From Eledone cirrhosa (taxonomy: Eukaryota), in assembly GCA_964016885.1 (NCBI GenBank), contig OZ024745.1, positions 33,790,001-33,854,000 on the forward strand: DNA of 64,000 bases, in the 5' to 3' direction. The translations under genes and the position numbers were made by a program. The notes under the pieces were generated by a model. It searched no databases and was not told the DNA's origin. It saw only the letters and a list, made by a program, of their open reading frames with translations. Shown here in pieces: positions 60,526 through 64,000 of this stretch (its first letter is position 1; every line of letters begins with the position of its first letter).

Positions 60526-63070
60526 GTACACTATGCCAAGCTTCTATTTTTATATTATTTTTCTTATCATTTATTTCACCTGCTGTGTATAAATTTGAAA
60601 TATATAAAGGTGCATAAAATAAAATAAAAATCTATGATACAATATTTACAAAGAATAGAATAAAAAGTTCTTAGGAATGGAATGAAATGGTTCATTATTC
60701 AGAATGCACTAATTAGGCTAGGGAGGCCACCGAGAAGGATTATAGTAAAAAAACTATCAGCCTTTCCATGATGGCCTGTAAAAGAAGCAGATTATGCAAA
60801 GTAATTCTTTCTTTTATTTACACATTTTGAAATATTTTTTCATGTTACAAAACAATGGTAGGTTTTACCACAAACAGGTTTGTTGATTAATCAACAACAT
60901 CTTTTTAATCCATGTTTTTACATCTTTTGAGTCTGGAAGAGTTGCATCTTTGCACCGAAAATGATTCTAGACCTTAGTGTAATTTATTCTCTCCTACTTC
61001 TATCGTCTGGGATTTTGGTTTCAAATATCCTTAGATAAACATCAGTTACTCATAGACAACTTTCTCAGTGAACTGGCCTATCCATAATTTTGTAGTACTA
61101 TTAAGTATGATTTTACAATGTGCCTTTGATAGAGATATGTATCAGTTTTTACTTCATGCCTCTCTTTAAGTTAATTATCTGCCCCAATGAATAGATAGAT
61201 TTAAAATCTTTATAGAATTCATGTTTCACAAATTATATAACGTTCATACATTATCCAATTTATATGGCATTCATACATTTCGCGAACTCACTAGAAGAAT
61301 GATGTGAAATGGTGATAAGTAGTTAACGAAACCAGGTTGAATATTCATCTTGTCTGAAGCTTGTTTCAACTGAATACCACATGTAAGTAGTAGTGTGATC
61401 AAATTTATACCCACACGCACACATACCCACCCAAATATATATACATACATACACACACACTCTCTCCCTCACTCACACACGCACACACACACGCACACAC
61501 CGCACACACACAAACACACATACACATATATGCAAACAATTTCGCTGCGAGTCTGTCATGTATAGATAATTTATTGGAAAGAAGATGATACAGTGTACAT
61601 CAAAAGCATGAATTTGTTCCATGTAAAACAAGATTACTTTTCATGTTGAAAATATTGATTTCTGTTTTGTCTATGCATTGACGTTGAATATTTTTACGAG
61701 GAGATGGTTAGTATTTTACGGTCAGAGTATGGCAAGGGTGTCGTTCATGTATTTCTTTCGAAAGAATATTAGAAGAATGAATGACGTGGCCTCTACGACT
61801 ATTGACACTGCATTGCATTCTCACTTTGTATGGATCTTTGCTAAGGTTACATAATATTGTTTACGATATTAGCTGCAATCAATAAAACAGATATAGGATG
61901 TCTATTTAATTTACAGCATCTCCGTATACAAAATTATACATTAAGCAGCCGAAATATACGTTAAATATATATATGTAAATAAGCAAATAGAACAGTCAAA
62001 TAAATAAATCTGAATGTAGATACACCCAGAACAAACGAAAAGCAGTCAGTGAATGTTCCCACAGGCAATATACTCCGAAAACAAAGCCAACAATAAACAA
62101 AAGCCCCAGTAAATAAGACCCTCGAATGCCAAACTCGTAACTAATACACTGAATAAAACAAAGACAATTACAAACTAAATCTCTATACTAGATCCAAGAC
62201 ACCATCCATAACTCCCACCTCAGACATCATCCGCATTTCCCTATATTCGCACATGTATATATTATAGTATCTCTTTAAAGACAAGGCGGATGTATTATTT
62301 ACTTCAAGATCCGGCAAATGTGGCAGAACATTCAAATTGGATAACAAATCATATTTGGAGACCTGTTGTGAACGTTTGATTTGTACTCCTTATTTACGCA
62401 CATGCACACATAAGCACGTACGCATGCATGTATACATATTCACATATACTAAGACACCAGAGACCTGAGATCGCATACACACAGATAGACACACGGACAC
62501 ACACAATCACATACACACGCACGACTTGCAGACAAGAAAAGCTGATTTTAAAGTTGTGTGCATTGAAAAGCTTATTGTGTTTATATGTTAGTGGAAAGTG
62601 GCGAGTTACTAAAGCTAGGGTTTTCTAGGCAATGTTCATGAAAACGTCCGTGTTGTGAAGTGAATAAAACCTGATTATCTCACACTTGCTGGGTCTTCTC
62701 AAGAGGTTAGTGGCTGGAGGCATTCCCTATGTAATCTAGCGTCACATTGGACCTACATCTAGTTGACGTCTCCTTATATTAACAGTCAGATCTGCTGAAG
62801 ATGTCAATGTCCAAGGATTGATCGAAGATTGACTTATGTATTCAAGCTAACATATATATGAGAGGTATTATATATATATAGATGTGTATATATGTGTATA
62901 TATATATATATGAAAACAGGGAGAAAGAGACGATTATTGGGAAGAAAAATATTTTTTTTTCCTTTTTAGTTTGTCTCTTTTTTCTGGGTTAGAAAATGAT
63001 TAAAACGAAATGTTTTACTTTGTGTGAAGTGTTAAGGTATTAGTTGATTTATTTATTATTTAACAATGGC

Positions 63071-63119
<49 letters not shown>

Positions 63120-63123
<4 letters not shown>

Positions 63124-63320
63124 CGAGGGAAAAGTGGTAAGGAACCAGGTGGACCATAACGCACCAAAGTACTCAATACTTAGGGTAGTAGAGTGGGTAA
63201 TAGGGGTAAGTAAGACCCCTACGGCTGAGCTCAAGCCGTATCGACGGCTAATTCTGTACTCAGAATTAGCCGTCGATACGGCTTGAGCTCAGCCGTCGGG
63301 GTCTTACTTACTCCTATATA
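63120..63320. repeat. Dispersed element ending in a 56-bp-arm nested palindrome (long form)
   Basis: Arms 63201-63256 and 63261-63316, loop TACT, two mismatches. Confidence 0.88.
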
Positions 63321-63519
63321 TAATATATCTATATCTATATATATATATAGTAATAATAATAAATTTGAGTTAAGGGTGAAAGTACCGATTCTTTGCTTAA
63401 ACTTTAATCTGTTATTTTAATAAATATATATATATATATATAAAATATATATATATATAAAAAATATATATATTTATTATATATATATAATATATATATA
63501 ATATATATATATGTAATAT

Positions 63520-63664
63520 ATGCGTTGTGTCCTTGGGCAAGACACTTTATTTCATATCGCTCCTTCTATCTGGAGTTGCGACCGATAGAGTGTATTAGCA
63601 ATTGGAAAGACCAACAGAAACATTGTTTCGTCGGTCAGATCTGATGAAAGTCGATTGAGTGTCG

Positions 63665-63665
<1 letters not shown>
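63520..63665 (+). mobile_element. 5'-truncated SINE (family of 3903-4125)
   Basis: TGCGTTGTGTCCTTGGGCAAGACACTTTA...GGAGTTGCGACCGATAG...GGAAAGACCAA. Confidence 0.72.
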
Positions 63666-63698
<33 letters not shown>

Positions 63699-64000
63699 CC
63701 AAAATTAAGATAATCAAAATTATGGGTGTCATGCCAGAAAGACATGCGCCATATCACCCGCAAAATAAGCTCTAAGATTCTAATGAATAGGTCCGAGCAT
63801 TTTATAATAACTAGAAATTGATTAACATATAAATAAACATGAATAATCACAGGAGATAATGTTTACAAGTGTGTAAGCACACATAGCTAGGTAGGTAACT
63901 AAATAAAGTTAACCTGAACTTCAAAAATAGATACCTTATAATATGATTAATCTTCCCTGTATATATTCCATTAAAGAAATATATTTCACCAATTAATCGA

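Noticed and set aside
62765-62835. CTGAAGA-stem-GAAG hammerhead-like motif
   Set aside because: Core GAAA is broken and there is no convincing stem I or III
63630-63665. CTGATGA at the SINE 3' end
   Set aside because: The other two copies read TTGACGA and no GAAA/UH half follows

Overview
AT-rich, microsatellite-saturated animal genomic DNA with no recognisable host exon. The abundant (TA)n, (CA)n, (GA)n, (TATG)n and (ACY)n tracts and the SINE types suggest an octopus or other cephalopod; this is an inference. Almost all non-repetitive sequence is transposon-derived. It includes (i) a decayed but near-full-length Penelope-like element (PLE; RT plus C-terminal GIY-YIG) in a tandem-plus-inverted arrangement at 6956-15136; (ii) a second PLE family with a stop-free GIY-YIG domain and a long non-coding 3' region at 19748-22410 and 48722-50239; (iii) 5'-truncated CR1-group, RTE, CRE-like and R4-like non-LTR fragments; (iv) a DD37D-type mariner, a TA-flanked MITE, a non-autonomous Helitron and hAT fragments; and (v) many tRNA-derived SINEs. 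The most notable hidden signal is RNA structure. Manual folding finds type I hammerhead ribozyme motifs in several unrelated repeat families. One is a non-coding 429-nt tandem/inverted unit at 5666-6838 that looks like a retrozyme. Another, at 51490-52075, has a U3-A8 covariant core. Recurrent fold-back hairpins and inverted duplications are anchored in (TA)n. All folds were made by eye and are untested. Most ORFs in the supplied track are microsatellite artefacts. There is a 200-N assembly gap at 50240-50439.
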